Program-made: the position numbers and the translations under genes | In this document: positions 12,828-26,467 of the stretch, in pieces | Position numbering within the stretch: the first letter of the stretch is position 1 | Layout: each line of letters begins with the position of its first letter | The notes under the pieces: generated by a model | Told to the model about the DNA's origin: nothing | The model's database searches: none | Seen by the model: only the letters and a program-made list of their open reading frames with translations | Source: Paraphysomonas bandaiensis | Taxonomy: Eukaryota > Protista > Chrysophyceae | Assembly: GCA_965644295.1 (NCBI GenBank) | Contig: CBFFRP010000431.1 | Span: 358,808-422,807, forward strand | Direction: 5' to 3' | Length of the DNA stretch: 64,000 nucleotides

Positions 12828-15662
12828 ATGTCATCTATATCTCCTACTAACGATAAAGGGGATTATGATTTCAGTCCTGTGAAAGAGGATGAAGATCATG
12901 AGAATTCTGATAATCTTCTTGATAATATGGAATTAGAAGATGATGTTATACCGGGTGTTGATGATTTACCATTATTTGCTAATGCAGAAGCCAGAAAAAT
13001 AGATTTAGATGTTAAAGAAAAAGAACATACAGTTGAAGTGATCACTGAAAAAATTATTGATATGAAAGAACGTATTAAAGTGATGTCAGAACACTTCAAA
13101 AATGTTCAACAAGAAGTAGAACATACAAATTCACTTGTAAATTCAAAGAAAGCTGAAGTTCAAACTGAAAGTCATTTACGTCAATTAACATCACGACAAC
13201 TTGGACGAAGTAAAATGGAATCAAAGAAATTAGCTGATGAGATTGCTAAGTCACAAGATCAATTGAATCAATTACAGAATTCAATATATCGTGCAAATGA
13301 AAAAATGGATGAATTTAAAATGCAAATGAATTGGAATCAAGAAGATTTAGATCAATGGGCTGTTGCAGCACGTCAAAAAGAGGAAGATAATTTAGCATTA
13401 CAAAAGTATACACGTGCAGATGAGATTAAAATCAAAGAGCTCAGTTTAAATGTGGAACAGTTAAATAAAGAACTTCTTGAGAAAAGAAATATTCTTGAGA
13501 ATGAAGTAACTGATACACAGGCGAAACAAATGGAATTAGATCGTATTGCAGATGAATTTCGTCAAGTTCATAAAGAGCGACAAGCATTAGTTGTACAGTG
13601 GCAGGAAACTATTGAAGCTATGAAACTTCGTGATCAAGAAATCAATAAAATTGGTGAACGTTATGCTGTAGCGAAAGCAGAGAGAGCAAAACAGGAAAGT
13701 AAAGTTGCTGTACAACAGAAGCGCTTGGATACGCAGCGCCTTGAGAACCAAGAGGTGGAATCTAAATCTGAGCAATTGGCGCGCACAGTATCACGTAAGC
13801 GTGAAGAAATGGTGAACGGCACTGCTAAGTTGGTGGATTATCGAAATGAACTGGCTTCTTTGAAAAACGAGTTAACATCTGCTGCTGAGGGACTGGTTAC
13901 TAAACGAGCTGAAAATGCGAATAAGGCTCGTGAGATCGAAGAAAAAAGGGTTCAAGTAGAACGGGAAAGGCAGCGCTACCAGGAAGTCAAGCAGCAGTTA
14001 GAGCTTTCGAGACAATCTGCTGTTGAAGCTGAGCAAACTGCCAAAGGTGCTGAAGAAGCCTTGGCGAAGAGTGAGAAAAACCTAGCTTCTGAGCACCAGC
14101 GACTGAAAACCTTGAAGGATACGTTGCTCAAAGAGACACAAAGAGTGCATGATCTGAAACGAGAGGAGGCAGGCTTGAGAGCCGAAATCAGTGGAACGAA
14201 GTCTGCGACAAGAAACTTGGATGGTAAGCTCGCACAGCTTGATAAAGAGGCCGCAAGACAGCAAGAGTTGCTCTACAACGCGGAGTTTCAAATTCAGCAG
14301 ATAGAGAGAAAAGTAGCTCGTGGGATGGGACAACGGTCCGATGAAGAAAAAAGGCAGTTAAAGAGTGTGATTGAAAACTTGGAAGCGGCACTGAGTGATA
14401 CTAAGGAAAAGAAGAAAGTGCTCGCTGCACAGTGCCGCAAAATTCAAAACGAACTGGTTGCGTCACGAATGCACAACGAAGAACTTAGTAAGAAGAGGCA
14501 TGATTTGACTGAAAAAATAGGCGAATTGGAATTATCTAATCGCATGATCGACGATGAAATAAAGCGGGATACTAAAATGAAAGAGGAGCTCACTGTTCAT
14601 AACGATGTGCTGCGACTGGAAGTTCGGCGACTTCGAGGACTACTTTCGTTAAAAGCTGATGCTGTTTGTAGTCTAGAGAACCGCAAACAGCAACTTGCTT
14701 TGAGTTTGGAAGAGCGAAAAGAGGAAATCTCTGTGCATAGAGAGATTCTTCGGGCAGAGCTACGCTTACTACAAGATGAGAAGCACAGTGTTACCATGGA
14801 TCTTAGAAACCGAGAGCTTGCTGTTGAAAGACTGAAAGCGCGATACGAAACTGCAAGTCAGACCAAAGGCGACGATGAAGGGCATTCGCAGTCATATTAT
14901 ATTATCAAAGCAGCGCAGAAACGAGAGGAATTACGGCGCCGTGGTGACGAGTTGGATGCAGATATACGCAAGCGTGAGCGTGAAATCCGTGCTCTTCAGA
15001 CCACGCTGGACCACTTAAACGCACGGAATACTGCATTTCGGTCATCGTTTCAAAAGGTTGATGTATCTGGAGATGAAGCTGAGGTTTTAAGAAAGCTTGA
15101 AGAGCGTACGAAGCTCGCGAAGGAATCTCTCTTTCGCAAGAAGAAGGAATTACAGCGACTGGCCACAGACTATGAGGAAGATGGTAGGCGTTTGGAGCAA
15201 GTAAAAATTCACACGAATAGAGTGATGCAGCAGAAAAGCCACCTCGAAGGGGCGAAGCAGCAAGTGCATGAAGAGATATTGACTCAAGAGGCCCAGCTGG
15301 ATGAATTAGCACAGCGCAAAGATCGTGCCACTGATGTTCACCGCGCGAAGGTCACGGGAATGCTTGGCGTTGATACCGAGATGATCGCACAGCAAGGAGG
15401 AAGTTTAGAGGAGAAGGCTGTCATGTCCGAAGTATTGAAAGATGTAGTACAGGTATAGAGCATGAATGTTAATTTGATAGAGTAATTTTTACCGCAGAAT
15501 GTACTATACACTTTGGGACAACTGGCGAATGAATTCCCAGAGGTAACGGACGTCCTGTCAGTCCGATTGCAAGAGGCAGACTTAAAAATTCCTGCCAAGC
15601 CAGCAGCTAAATTACCAGTGACGTCAATTGCAAGCAGAGGAGAACAATCGACTTCGCAGTGA
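12828..15662 (+). CDS. CCDC39: Coiled-coil domain-containing protein 39 (axonemal 96-nm ruler, FAP59)
   Basis: 876-aa coiled-coil ORF with LPLFANAE, MSEHFKNVQQEV and MNWNQEDLDQWAVAARQKEEDNLALQKYTRADE. A final intron at 15453-15497 is followed by an exon ending at TGA 15662. Confidence 0.9.
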
Positions 15663-16211
15663 GTTGATGTAGTTGTGAATTGTAATTTCAGAAAAGTTGG
15701 AAATATCGTGTGATAATTGCGCGTATAGTTTCGAAGTTCTTAAGTGATGTAAGAAATATGCATTATAAATCAACAGTTAAAATCTTGAGAGGTATCTTTT
15801 TGGTTAGGTTTGAGTGTAGAAGTGCGCTTGGGGGTAGTTGATGTTCCTGTGTTTTACTAAAAACAGTGATTTTAGAAGTATCCCCTTTATTTACCTACCT
15901 GTTATTGATAAGCTGCGTATATATGTTCCTTCTATTCGTATAGAGTCATGAAGCTTGTTAACTGGAAACACCATCAGAGCGATATGTTTCTAACCTCTCA
16001 ATTCTAACAAACTGGTCACATAACGACAACGAAATCGAAATAAATTTATAATTACTTTCATCTCAATTCTTCAATTCCGTAATGATGTAATGATCGCTCT
16101 TTATTGTTGATGTCATTTGTAAAAATCACAAGTGAAGAGAAGGAGAGAATACTATATATTTTTCCTTAAACACTTAAACCACAAGGGTGTATTTTCCTTG
16201 ATAATTCACAC

Positions 16212-17261
16212 CAGGGCTTGGTAACCATTAATGACCTATTAATAGGTGCCCAGTACCCGGCATGTATAATGGCATTAATGAAAAATGTCCCCGCAATATT
16301 AATGGTCCATTAATGCTATTATTGTCTAGCTAGATAATATCGCTCATATAGATAGTGCCTCAACAGTGTAAGAGTCAGAACTAACGTAGCAAAATAATTT
16401 AACTAAAAAGGTGCAATACTTCAGTAGGCAGCCCAATACTCCGGATGCCCTTGAGGTAGGCCTATTCCCGAATGCCTGTTTACGTCAGGGCTCAAAGGCG
16501 TCTACACAAGTGACACTAATTAGTGTCCCTCACACAAGCATTAGGCTATGAGTAGGCAGAACACTCTCTGCTGACTATATATGCGTTTCACGATAGTTTC
16601 CCGGAAAAATATCTCTGGTACTTATCGCCTAGAACACTACAAAAAGGTGCAAGCCCGACTTTATAGCTAATAATCAGACATTCATTACTACATAATAAAT
16701 AGTGTGATTATTACTAATAAACAGACTACGAATCGTATCTACACATAATCATTCTTCTCGCTCTCCACTCTGGCACATTAACTTTTTATTGCAAGGCTTA
16801 ATATGAAGCGTATTAGTACCCCACAACATGTATAAGGCTCGTAGGAATAGTAACAATTCTAGACGATATGGATTCATGTTTCTACATTCAGGAGTCATAA
16901 TCAACTTTGCACGACTAAAGGGCCTCTCAATAGCATTAGATATAGTGATTCGATATGAAGCAAGCTGCGGTAGTTGGACTCATGGGTATCATATTGAGCT
17001 CTCTTGGTGAACTCGGCAAACACGCTGTGCGAAATCAGCTCCTTCACTTTCGTAGTCGTTATTAATTAAAAGTTTGCTGCTGATAATGAACAAAGTTGCC
17101 ACAAAGTAACTGTAGAGCTGAATGAACATTGCTTAACATTACTATTGTTTAGAGTTGCTTTGCAATATAGCGGAGATACAATACCTTAAAAACACTTATT
17201 TCTATATATAGCATGCATCAAAAGTACCACAGTAAATGCCATTAATTAATATCAGGCCCTG
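16212..17261. mobile_element. Non-autonomous hAT element (~1.05 kb) carrying an internal copy of repeat family X
   Basis: Termini CAGGGCTTGGTAACCATTAATG ... ATCAGGCCCTG with a perfect 8-bp TSD ATTCACAC on both sides. The left subterminal region matches the reverse complement of ~5020-5106. Confidence 0.9.
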
Positions 17262-18890
17262 ATTCACACTCTAATAACCAATAGGGGTGTAAACGTTATC
17301 TCTTTCCTTGATAGTAAAGTTTTATAGTTTTATATTCTTATACAACGCTTTTAGTAATTAATTACTTCATAAATTATTCATATTCATTAATTTAAACTAT
17401 AAAATAAACAGATTAATAAATAAGTAAGTGTTCTTCCAGTTTACTGGCCGTGACATTGACGTGTTTATCGTTGAATAGAATATTTGCTGCATTCCGAAGG
17501 TGACCGCATCCTCCAGGCCTGATTAAACTCAAAATGTGTTTCACATCAGTGTCCCTGAGAACTTGACTAATATATTATGTTGATAGGTATAAATGTTTTA
17601 TTCATACCTCGCAAGCAATATAAGTTTCGCGCTTGATTTTGTAAGAAGGGGCTTTCCAAACAACTTACATATTCTGCGGTGCCTGTAGTTCAGTGAGTAG
17701 TACTCACAAGATTGTAAGATAAAAATGTACAACATACATATCTTGCACATACTTCACAAGTGATGTATACCCACGGAGAGTTGAAGACAAGAGCTATTAT
17801 AGGGTTTCCGCATGATTTTGTTCTAGATGTTGCTCTAGGGATTGTATTCAGGAATACCGGGTGCCCTTATGTAGAAGCACCGTCATTCCTATTTGTTGTC
17901 AGGCATTAGGATTCAGCTTAATACAAGATTGTATCTGTGAGTTATAATGTTCAATGAAATATATCATACACTGAATTAGAGAGAGTATCTGTTGAAGATA
18001 CATGATAGTCATCAAAACGATCATCATTATCAGTTACACTTCTAACTATTCCGTTGTGCATGATAGTTATGTTTTACTTTGTTATTCATAATTCTCACTC
18101 TACTGTGTTCATTACTTTACACTCTAATAATCACAACATTGTTTTACTATTACTAAGATCAATTTTATTTTCAAGTACGCCTGAAAACCCTGTATACGAA
18201 GTCGTCCTCTCCGTTACTCCTGCACTCCCAACAAGCACCCAAGCGAATTATTATCGTATCGGACATTTTATCCATCACCATAGCATCATAGCATCGTCTG
18301 CTATATACAGTATACACTTACATATATTATTTACTTCAACTTCGAGCTATCTCTGAATATATAACCACTGCAGTGCACAGGTTGTAACCAGTAATTACCC
18401 AGGTTAAATAACATTTCCCGACAGTAATAATGTTTACTATATATTTGCTACTAAACCAGTTTAGCTTGGCATCATGTGAGCTTTAAAAGGAAGTTAGAAT
18501 AAAGTATGATAGTACTAGTGCTCATAATTGAAATAATTTAGTTTCTTTTTACTATTTCAAATGTAGCCCCTTCGATAGGCTGATAATTGTTAAACTACTA
18601 AGTTCACTGCACTGAATAATGCACTAATATATTTATTTGAATTTATACTATATTATTAATTATTATTACTATAATACTAGGCAAAACATAACGCTGCACA
18701 GCATTATAGCTAGATGTGTCCTACTTGACAAGAAAAACTCCTTTATTGCGGCAACTTCGGATAGTATTGACACCATCCATAAAGCACGATAGGTTTACAT
18801 ACACAGCGCTTCTGCTGTCATTCGAAAGTATAAATTACTCTACAATTACCAAGGGTGTATTATACACAAACACTCGGGCGAGCATGCGTT

Positions 18891-19343
18891 TTACGAACTG
18901 CACTTTGCAGCCCTTTCCACAGCAATAGATATGTTTTCAAGATTCGCCAGATTAGTATCTCCGATTTTCAGAGATTGAACTTGGGATGCCCGACTTCTAT
19001 CCTTTAATATGGAAAAATAGTATATTTCAGTTTTTTCATCCGTTCTTCCCACAGAATACTTTTTGACGTTAATATTAGAAGCAGAATGACTTGGAGTCAG
19101 CTCAATCTCACACGAATAACTCTTAGGATGCATATTAAATGTATCCTCATTGTCGTATACCAGAATAGATCCCGAAGATATAACTAAGAATCGACGATCC
19201 CATTCTTTAGGTATAATCCCATAGAAACATGTTTTAACGTATACATTACCATTAAACACGACATCAGAGTGTTCAGAGGATGTTTGTTTACACTCTTCTG
19301 AATCAAATGATGGTACACATTTTTTTGCTGCTCTTCCAAACAT
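18891..19343 (-). CDS. Small PH-domain protein
   Basis: VFNGNVYVK...KEWDRRFLVISSGSILVYDNE fits the PH beta1-beta3 pattern, with a C-terminal helix. Confidence 0.6.
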   Translation of the reverse strand: MFGRAAKKCVPSFDSEECKQTSSEHSDVVFNGNVYVKTCFYGIIPKEWDRRFLVISSGSILVYDNEDTFNMHPKSYSCEIELTPSHSASNINVKKYSVGRTDEKTEIYYFSILKDRSRASQVQSLKIGDTNLANLENISIAVERAAKCSS

Positions 19344-19989
19344 GTTATTATATCACTCTATTTGTGAATGGATAAGATAAGATGCGATCTCTCTCTATAT
19401 ATGTATATATATTCAATTGCATTCACTGTGATAAATGAATAGATTGATAGATTGATATCTCTTGTATTGATGTACTAATACAAGATTGATCAATATGATT
19501 ATTAGAGTGGGAGATAATGGATTGTATATATAGAGTGTGGTGAAGATGTCTGTCTACTCGTTGTGGAATGTGGAACACACACACATACATGCATCGAACA
19601 TTAGCACAAGTATACAACTGCTATATATATATACAGCACGTAGGTAGGTAGGTATATGTCCACTGTATGTATGTATATGTACTGTAGGTATGTATAGATA
19701 TACAGTAACTGCACGTAGTTGTATTGTGTAGGGGGATAGATCAGAATTTTCGGTATGTAGTAGGATTTAGCTCCAACGTATATGATGTAGCCGTTTCAAG
19801 AATGTAGGGGGGTATATGTACGGGCTACATGTATTCATACAGCAGTAGTACGTAGTATGTGTATGTGTTTATGTATGTATGTGTGTGTGTGTGTTATGCA
19901 TATATGTATGTTCATCTTTCAAACTTAAGAGCGTTACATGCTATAATCCATTGCACACATCTCCACTATCTCACGTCACTTTAATAAAC

Positions 19990-22900
19990 ATGTTTTCCTG
20001 GACCTTATTAGCCACTTTCACTCTATCATGGTATATCTGCAGTATCATATCACCATATCTATTCACAGCATTCATTGCATTCTTTTTTCCTCATCAATAC
20101 TATAAAAATGACGGTATAATTCACATACTCTATCATATATATGTATGTAATATACTCTACAATAACAGGTATTGAAAGTAGATTAAATTCTTTATCTTCT
20201 TCTACTGGAGAAGGTAAGTGAATTTCATATCATTCTATATATATCTTATCATACATATATACAGACTCTGCTTTACGATATCGTAATCTTCGAAGATTAA
20301 TTCGTTCACAAATTTATTGTATGATTGCATTCATTACAGGATTTTATGTATTATGGACTGAATATAAAAATTGGCCAATAGATTTATTACATTATTGGAA
20401 TGAAAGTAATTATTGGCTCTTTCATTTTTCTATAAGTCATTGGATTTATTCTTTACTGGATGATTTTATTGTTGGAAAAGAAATTATTTCACATATTCAA
20501 ATACGAAGTGATGAAGTGATGTACTTATATAAATATATGTATCATGGTCTTCTAGTACATCATATATTTACATTATTTGCATATATATGGTGTTTACATA
20601 CACATTATCTATCTGGTTTATGTATCTTTGGATTATTATTTGAAGCACCAGTGATTTTACTTAATGTAAGAGATATATGTGCATGTTTTGGATATGAATT
20701 ACACTATCCTATTGGCCCTTTATCAACATCACTGGTATATCAAATGTGGGTAGCTTTACGTATACTTTGGCATATCTTTCGAACAGGTTAAAAGATCTTT
20801 TTATTAACAATACTACTGTATAATTCATTTATAGGGCCTTGTCTGCTATATCCACTTTCTCTTATTATATGGAGATCACAACTGTGTACAGTTCCTCTTT
20901 TTTCCCGTTTAGTGTATCATTTTCTTGGAATATTCTTTATATCCGCCAATATCACACTTCAAACTGGCTTGATTCATCGATATATGATGGAAGATTATTG
21001 TAGGAGTGGGTTAGCTACCATGGTGGCTGTGGAGGATACGGATAGTTGCAGAGATGGTGACTACAATAAAGATAATGTGGAGAAAAGCTCCAGTAGAACG
21101 AGTGTAGAGTCTTTTGAACAGACAGGACTCAAACTTCTCAGTATCGGCGAGGTGGCGGCACACTGTACCAGGGAGGATGCCTGGATTATAGTAAATGGCT
21201 GCGTCTACGATATAACCTCTTTTATTTCCTCCCATCCGGGAGGAGAGGATGTGTTGTGTGAGGTTCTTGGGAAGGATGCAACGCAGGCCTTCTTGGAAGC
21301 AGGTCATAGTCAACATGCGCGCAGTCAGCTGTGTAAGTACCAAGTTGGAACTATTACTAAATACGAGCAAAATATCGTTGACGCTAAGACCATTCACTTT
21401 GATGGCAATTTCTCTGAGCCATATGATGTGGGTCGAAATTATATTATGACTTCAGATCCTCTTAACCCGGCATGGGTGTCTCTTTTGGTGGCTGTATTTC
21501 TCCTTTGGGGCGCTGCTGCGACAACTGGTGGTAGTGAGAACACCACCTATGGTGTATCTTTATTGAGCTCGTACTCTATGATGGTTCCCCAAACTGTGTT
21601 TGTACTTCTTGTCGCGGGTTTAGGAACGGTTTTGTGCTGCTCATGTGTCTCTCCTAGGGGTGGGGAGATCTTATATACCTGGCTGTGTCTCAGCGTTGCA
21701 TCTTATAGATCTGCTGCTTGGTGGCGCTCGAACATTTATGCCCATGTTTTTACTGCCCGCGTTCATCTTTCTGCAATATGCACTTTCGCCTACTTGACGT
21801 CGGAACTGACAATTCTGAGTCACTCCAGAAATCCTTTGCGACTGCTTCGTGTCTCTGTGGTCACTTCTATGGCTCTCGAGTGTATTTGGAGAAGGGTCAG
21901 CGGGAATTATATTGTCCACAAAGGACTAATATCTTCTATATACCTGCTGATGGTTGCTGCGACTGTGCTGGATGTGTTTGCGCTTTGTATATCGGAAGCA
22001 GAGATCTGGATAGATATGGGTGAAAGCTCATGGGTCTCTGCTTGTCTCCGTCCTCTATGTTTAGTGTCTATCGGTGCTCTTCTGCGGTGTGGTATGGTGA
22101 GGTTCCAGGTCGCAAACTCGGATGGAATGCGGTCGGGATCTACCTTTGCACCTGTTCTTTGTAGTGTATTGCTTGCAGCAGTATACGGGGTATTCATTAC
22201 AATTGTCCAGAACAAAGAGTCTCCGTTTATGTCGTATTTATTCTCCAGTAGCGTTGGTGGTGCTACACTATGGACCATTGGTGCTCTCGCGATGGGATTT
22301 TCATTATTTACAACAGCTTCACTCACTGCATGGAGCACTTGCTACTTTTCCAGCATGTGGCGGTCCGTGTTTTTGTGCTTCTCTCTATGGTGCGTTGCTC
22401 CTCCAGTCCAGCTGGCTAGGTGGTGGGCGTTTATAATTTTGATGATGGCAATGTCTCAGTTAAGTAGTGAGTCGAAATTGACACTTCAGAGAACGGAGCA
22501 GAGTGCAAAATGGGTGTATTGTGCCAAGAATGCAGAACATGCTGTTCGATTTTTAGTTTGTTACTGCTTTCATGTCTATATTGTTGTACCTGTTTGCTGG
22601 TTGTTGTCGTATCTTGCGCCTGATGGGCAGGTAGTCCAATGCCTTCATATATAGATACTTTCTTCACAATTAAACAGATGTATTGGACGTACCCCGGACC
22701 TGTTATGGACTTGGGGCCTCGCTGTGATTACGGTATGGCTTATCAGATCAATGGGAGTCCACAGCTTAAGCCGGAAGTCTTTCAGTGTAATATCGGGTGG
22801 GTGAATTATTCACCCACGATATGTATATATCAGTTGACGTTGCACAGGTATATGGGAATAAATGGTCAAGGTATTGACTACTTGCATACCGGAAGTGCCA

Positions 22901-23490
22901 CAAGAAAAATGATGGCTGGTGAGTAGTATGTTCCGTCATTCGCTAAACTCTCTAATATCATACAGGGCTTGTTGATGACCCAGATTCAGGGAGGAAAGGA
23001 TTTGTTGCTGATATAGTTGCACATTTTATGATTCCCTCTCACCAGTGAGTATGTGCTAGGAACTATATTGTGTAATATCTCTTTTGTAGTCCTGCATATA
23101 AGCGAGGAAAGTTTTCTGTTCGCGAGGTTAATCTGAGCGCCTGGTCATCTGACAAAGCCGCCTATGAGTGGTGCGTACACTATCTTTGCACTTTCTTATG
23201 CAATTTCACATTATAATATCAGGTACAAAAGTAACGATGCTCACAAGCAAATTGTAAAGCAGTATTACAGTGGAGGACTGGAGGGTACAATTTCTTCTTT
23301 GTAAAAGTAATATTTGGTCACGTGAGTGCATGTAGGGTTTTCAGCGATGTTAGCCTCCTTACGAGCATCTCCAGAGAGACCAATTCGTTGGGATGTAAGA
23401 TGTAAGAATTGTCGTCATATGGTTCACGGGCCAGACCCAGGATTATGCCCATATTGTAGTAGAAAAGTCGACCCAATGCCATATATTTAA
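19990..23490 (+). CDS. Multi-domain membrane protein: TLC + cytochrome b5 + multi-pass TM region + DUF3291/ABM-like barrel + C-terminal CxxC..CxxC
   Basis: TLC motifs HHIFTLFAY and LLFEAPVILLNVR. Cytochrome b5: HCTREDAWIIVNGCVYDITSFISSHPGGE...GKDATQAF..AGHS. Six 3' GT-AG introns splice in frame to ...VNLSAWSSDKAAYEWYKSNDAHKQIV...RCKNCRHMVHGPDPGLCPYCSRKVDPMPYI*. Confidence 0.8.
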
Positions 23491-24619
23491 CTTAGTCCTG
23501 TATTTAGTTTTCGAAATATTAACATAAGTGTCTTCTTACATTTACAATCTTTCTATAGTGTGATATGTGTTTTGGATGTACAGAATATTGTAGGAATGAA
23601 CATGTGCATACAGCTAATGAAGTGTGCTAGTTTCTGCAGACACTACGCCGAACAGAAAAAAATTAAACTAGGTATAGTAGCAGAGTAACAAAGAGAGAGG
23701 ATGTATTAAACAAAATTTAGAACAAACACAAAAGTAACCGATAACTTCATTATATATAACCGACCAACTTTCAGTTGAAGAAACTAGTACAATACAAATT
23801 TTTGCGATCGATTTAAGCTTGTCAATGGTTATAATCAGACCACGCTTTAATTCGCATGCAATCCGGAGTTGCACGAACCCGCCAGTTATTTTTACATTTT
23901 TTTCAAAATACAAGCAAAATATTCACGGATCAACTTGGAAGTGGCGACTTGTATAAGCTATACATGCTGCTACTACTACACGATATTTTCCTTCGTTTTT
24001 TTCGAATCAAAACGAAGTCATCGAAACTCTTCAGTATATTCCACCACTTTTTTAATCGAAGTAAAAACGATGGTCAGGTTTATGAAGTTTATCCGGAACC
24101 CATACCTCCATATCGCTAATGGAATTTGGATAGTCGCGAATGCGAGTCAACGTAGAAAAGAAATGGTCGTGGTCGTGGTAGATAGCAATGGTAGCAATCA
24201 ATTAGATAAGTCCGTACAGTGTCATATATGTAGTATGGATGCCAACGTATGATCCGTAAATTAATTCACATGTCTATTATTGGCAGTAACCTCATGCTGA
24301 GGAATGGGCAGCACTCAATTCCTGTATATACTCAGGTATTTGTATATCAATACAGTAGTCATTGTCATATAATTCTATTTGTTTAACATAAGTCGGTGTG
24401 ATGCCCAAACCTGGTGAAATGTATAAAACCTGGTGCAATTTTTGATGATGGTTGGAAAAGGGTATAACTATGCACAGAAGTAACTATATGATGATATTAA
24501 CAGTGTGAAAAGTATTATTTATAATATATTTTACTAATTTCTTCCATATTACTTCAGTTTCACAGCTAACACCGACTACACATATATATATTACATACAC
24601 TTCACAAGTTTGAACTATA

Positions 24620-24887
24620 ACCATCTCACTATACACCACTTTACCATATCTCACTATACACCACTATACCATTTCACAAACCACTTTACCATCGCACTAT
24701 ACACCCATATACCATATCACTATATTATACCACTATACCATATCACTATATACCACTATACCATTTCACTATACATCACAATACCATATCACTATATATA
24801 CCACTACACCATCTCACAATACACCACTATACCATCTCACAATATATACCACTATACACTCACTATATACCACTACACCATCTCACT
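24620..24887. repeat. Degenerate minisatellite (CACTATACCATCT-like units), block 1
   Basis: Many near-tandem ccactataccat(a/c)tca units. Confidence 0.8.
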
Positions 24888-25261
24888 TAGCGGCTGTTGC
24901 CGCGTCGTTTCCGAGCATAGGTACTAATACTACTGTAAGTAGTAGTGGTAAAGATAGCTATATGCGTATGCAATGTATCCGAAATCAGGCTATTCGGTTG
25001 GAGCGTTTGCAGTCTCAAGCGAAGCAGATGTAGCTATATGAGAATATGATATTACAAAACACAAGTAATAATAGCAGGGCCGACTTTTAACGCAATAAAT
25101 ACTGCTAATAACAACTATACTTGCGACTTTTTCTTTATCTTTAACCTCGCAGATACAAATTACAGTAAAATAATAACTCAATACTTATATATGAAACCTG
25201 GTGAAATTGCTTTACCAGGTTTTGGTATTACCTCGACTTCTATACACCTATATACAATTTA

Positions 25262-25432
25262 ATTATATACCACTATACTATCTCACTATGCTAGTATACC
25301 ATCTCATTATACATACCATACCATCTCACTATATACCACTATACCATTTGATTTTAACCACTATACTATCTCACTATATATCACTATATACCATCTCGTT
25401 ATATTATACCACTATACCATCTCACTGTACAC
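25262..25432. repeat. Degenerate minisatellite (CACTATACCATCT-like units), block 2
   Basis: Same unit as 24620-24887. Confidence 0.75.
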
Positions 25433-25519
25433 CCCCCTTCTCCCCTAGTGTAGGTCTAGCTAGAGCTTGCTTGGTGCCAACACACAAAGAATATATCGGG
25501 CTTTTATTAACAATCTATT

Positions 25520-25865
25520 ATTGAAAGTCTTATTATTAGCAATAGGCGTTAAGAATCAGGACCAGCTTAGTATCTAGATAACTAGTCAAGCTAGATAGAC
25601 GTCTACCTGTAACTAATTAGTACAACTCTATTATCCTACTATTTAACGCTACGGAACCAAGGTGCAAGTACCTCCGCTCTATCATTCAAAGCAAACGCTG
25701 TGAGAAAGCAGAAAGACTTCCTTAAGGTGAACATCCTGAATGCTTGACTTCAGCAGGCAGCCCAAGATCTGCTGTCCATGTTTGTGGCTCACGTTAGTTT
25801 CCCAGAGAGAATCTCTCCGGAACTTTCCCCCAGAACACCACGAAAACGTGCGAGTCCATCTTTGT
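25520..25865. repeat. Dispersed repeat family X copy
   Basis: Begins TATTGAAAGTCTTATTATTAGCAATAGGCGTTAAGAA, as at 47691. Its internal segments match 16400-16660 and the reverse complement of 4510-4700. Confidence 0.8.
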
Positions 25866-26070
25866 TGAGGTTACTGAGTTTAATCAACACTGGCACTTAC
25901 TGAGGCACGTTCTCGGTATGGGGCATAAGCTGTATTTATAAGGTATTCAAATCATAACCGTTACTCAAAAGTACGCAGCAGTAGTTATGCTAAACGATAA
26001 AAGATATTGATTATATTTTATTAATTGTTTATTGGGTGAGTTCAATGTTTAGTTACTTAAGTTTTACACC

Positions 26071-26467
26071 CTAACGGTTTGCTTGGATTGCAGCAAGCAG
26101 CTCAGCATGATGGTTCTGAAGCTCCTGTCGTAGCTCTTGTCGTAGCTCTTGTCGTAGCTCAGCATGACTGTTCTGCAACTCCTGTAGTAGCTCAGCATGA
26201 CTGTTCTGCAACTCCACAAGGCCTCGCTGCAGGGCTGCTATATCATTTTTTATGGTGCTGACCTGCACAGTAAATCAGAATAATTTATCACACATCAAAA
26301 CCTACATCTGATACTGGAATGAGTGCATTCCGGCCCAGCATGTAATCGTAATTTAGTGAGTGCTGCTGGCTTGCGACTATCACGGCTGTGGCAACTAGAT
26401 TATCCGACGCTTCTGGGCATATATTCCAGATTACTGACAATGATATCACAGCTGAAGTAATTGTCAT
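26071..26467 (-). CDS. Possible small 2-exon protein with a C-terminal repetitive coiled coil (ELQNSHAEL/RQEL repeats)
   Basis: The ATG at 26467 opens MTITSAVISLSVIWNICPE...PVSD. A GT-AG intron joins this in frame to VSTIKNDIAALQRGLVELQNSHAEL...; the gene may be repeat-derived. Confidence 0.35.

Noticed and set aside
17677-17730. tRNA-like 5' half (GCCTGTAGTTCAGTGAGTAG)
   Set aside because: No T-arm/B-box or acceptor-stem partner.
23850-24480. Coding-like fragments (also ~51590-52450)
   Set aside because: Multiple stops and frameshifts and no recognisable family. They may be decayed genes or TEs, but this cannot be supported without a search.
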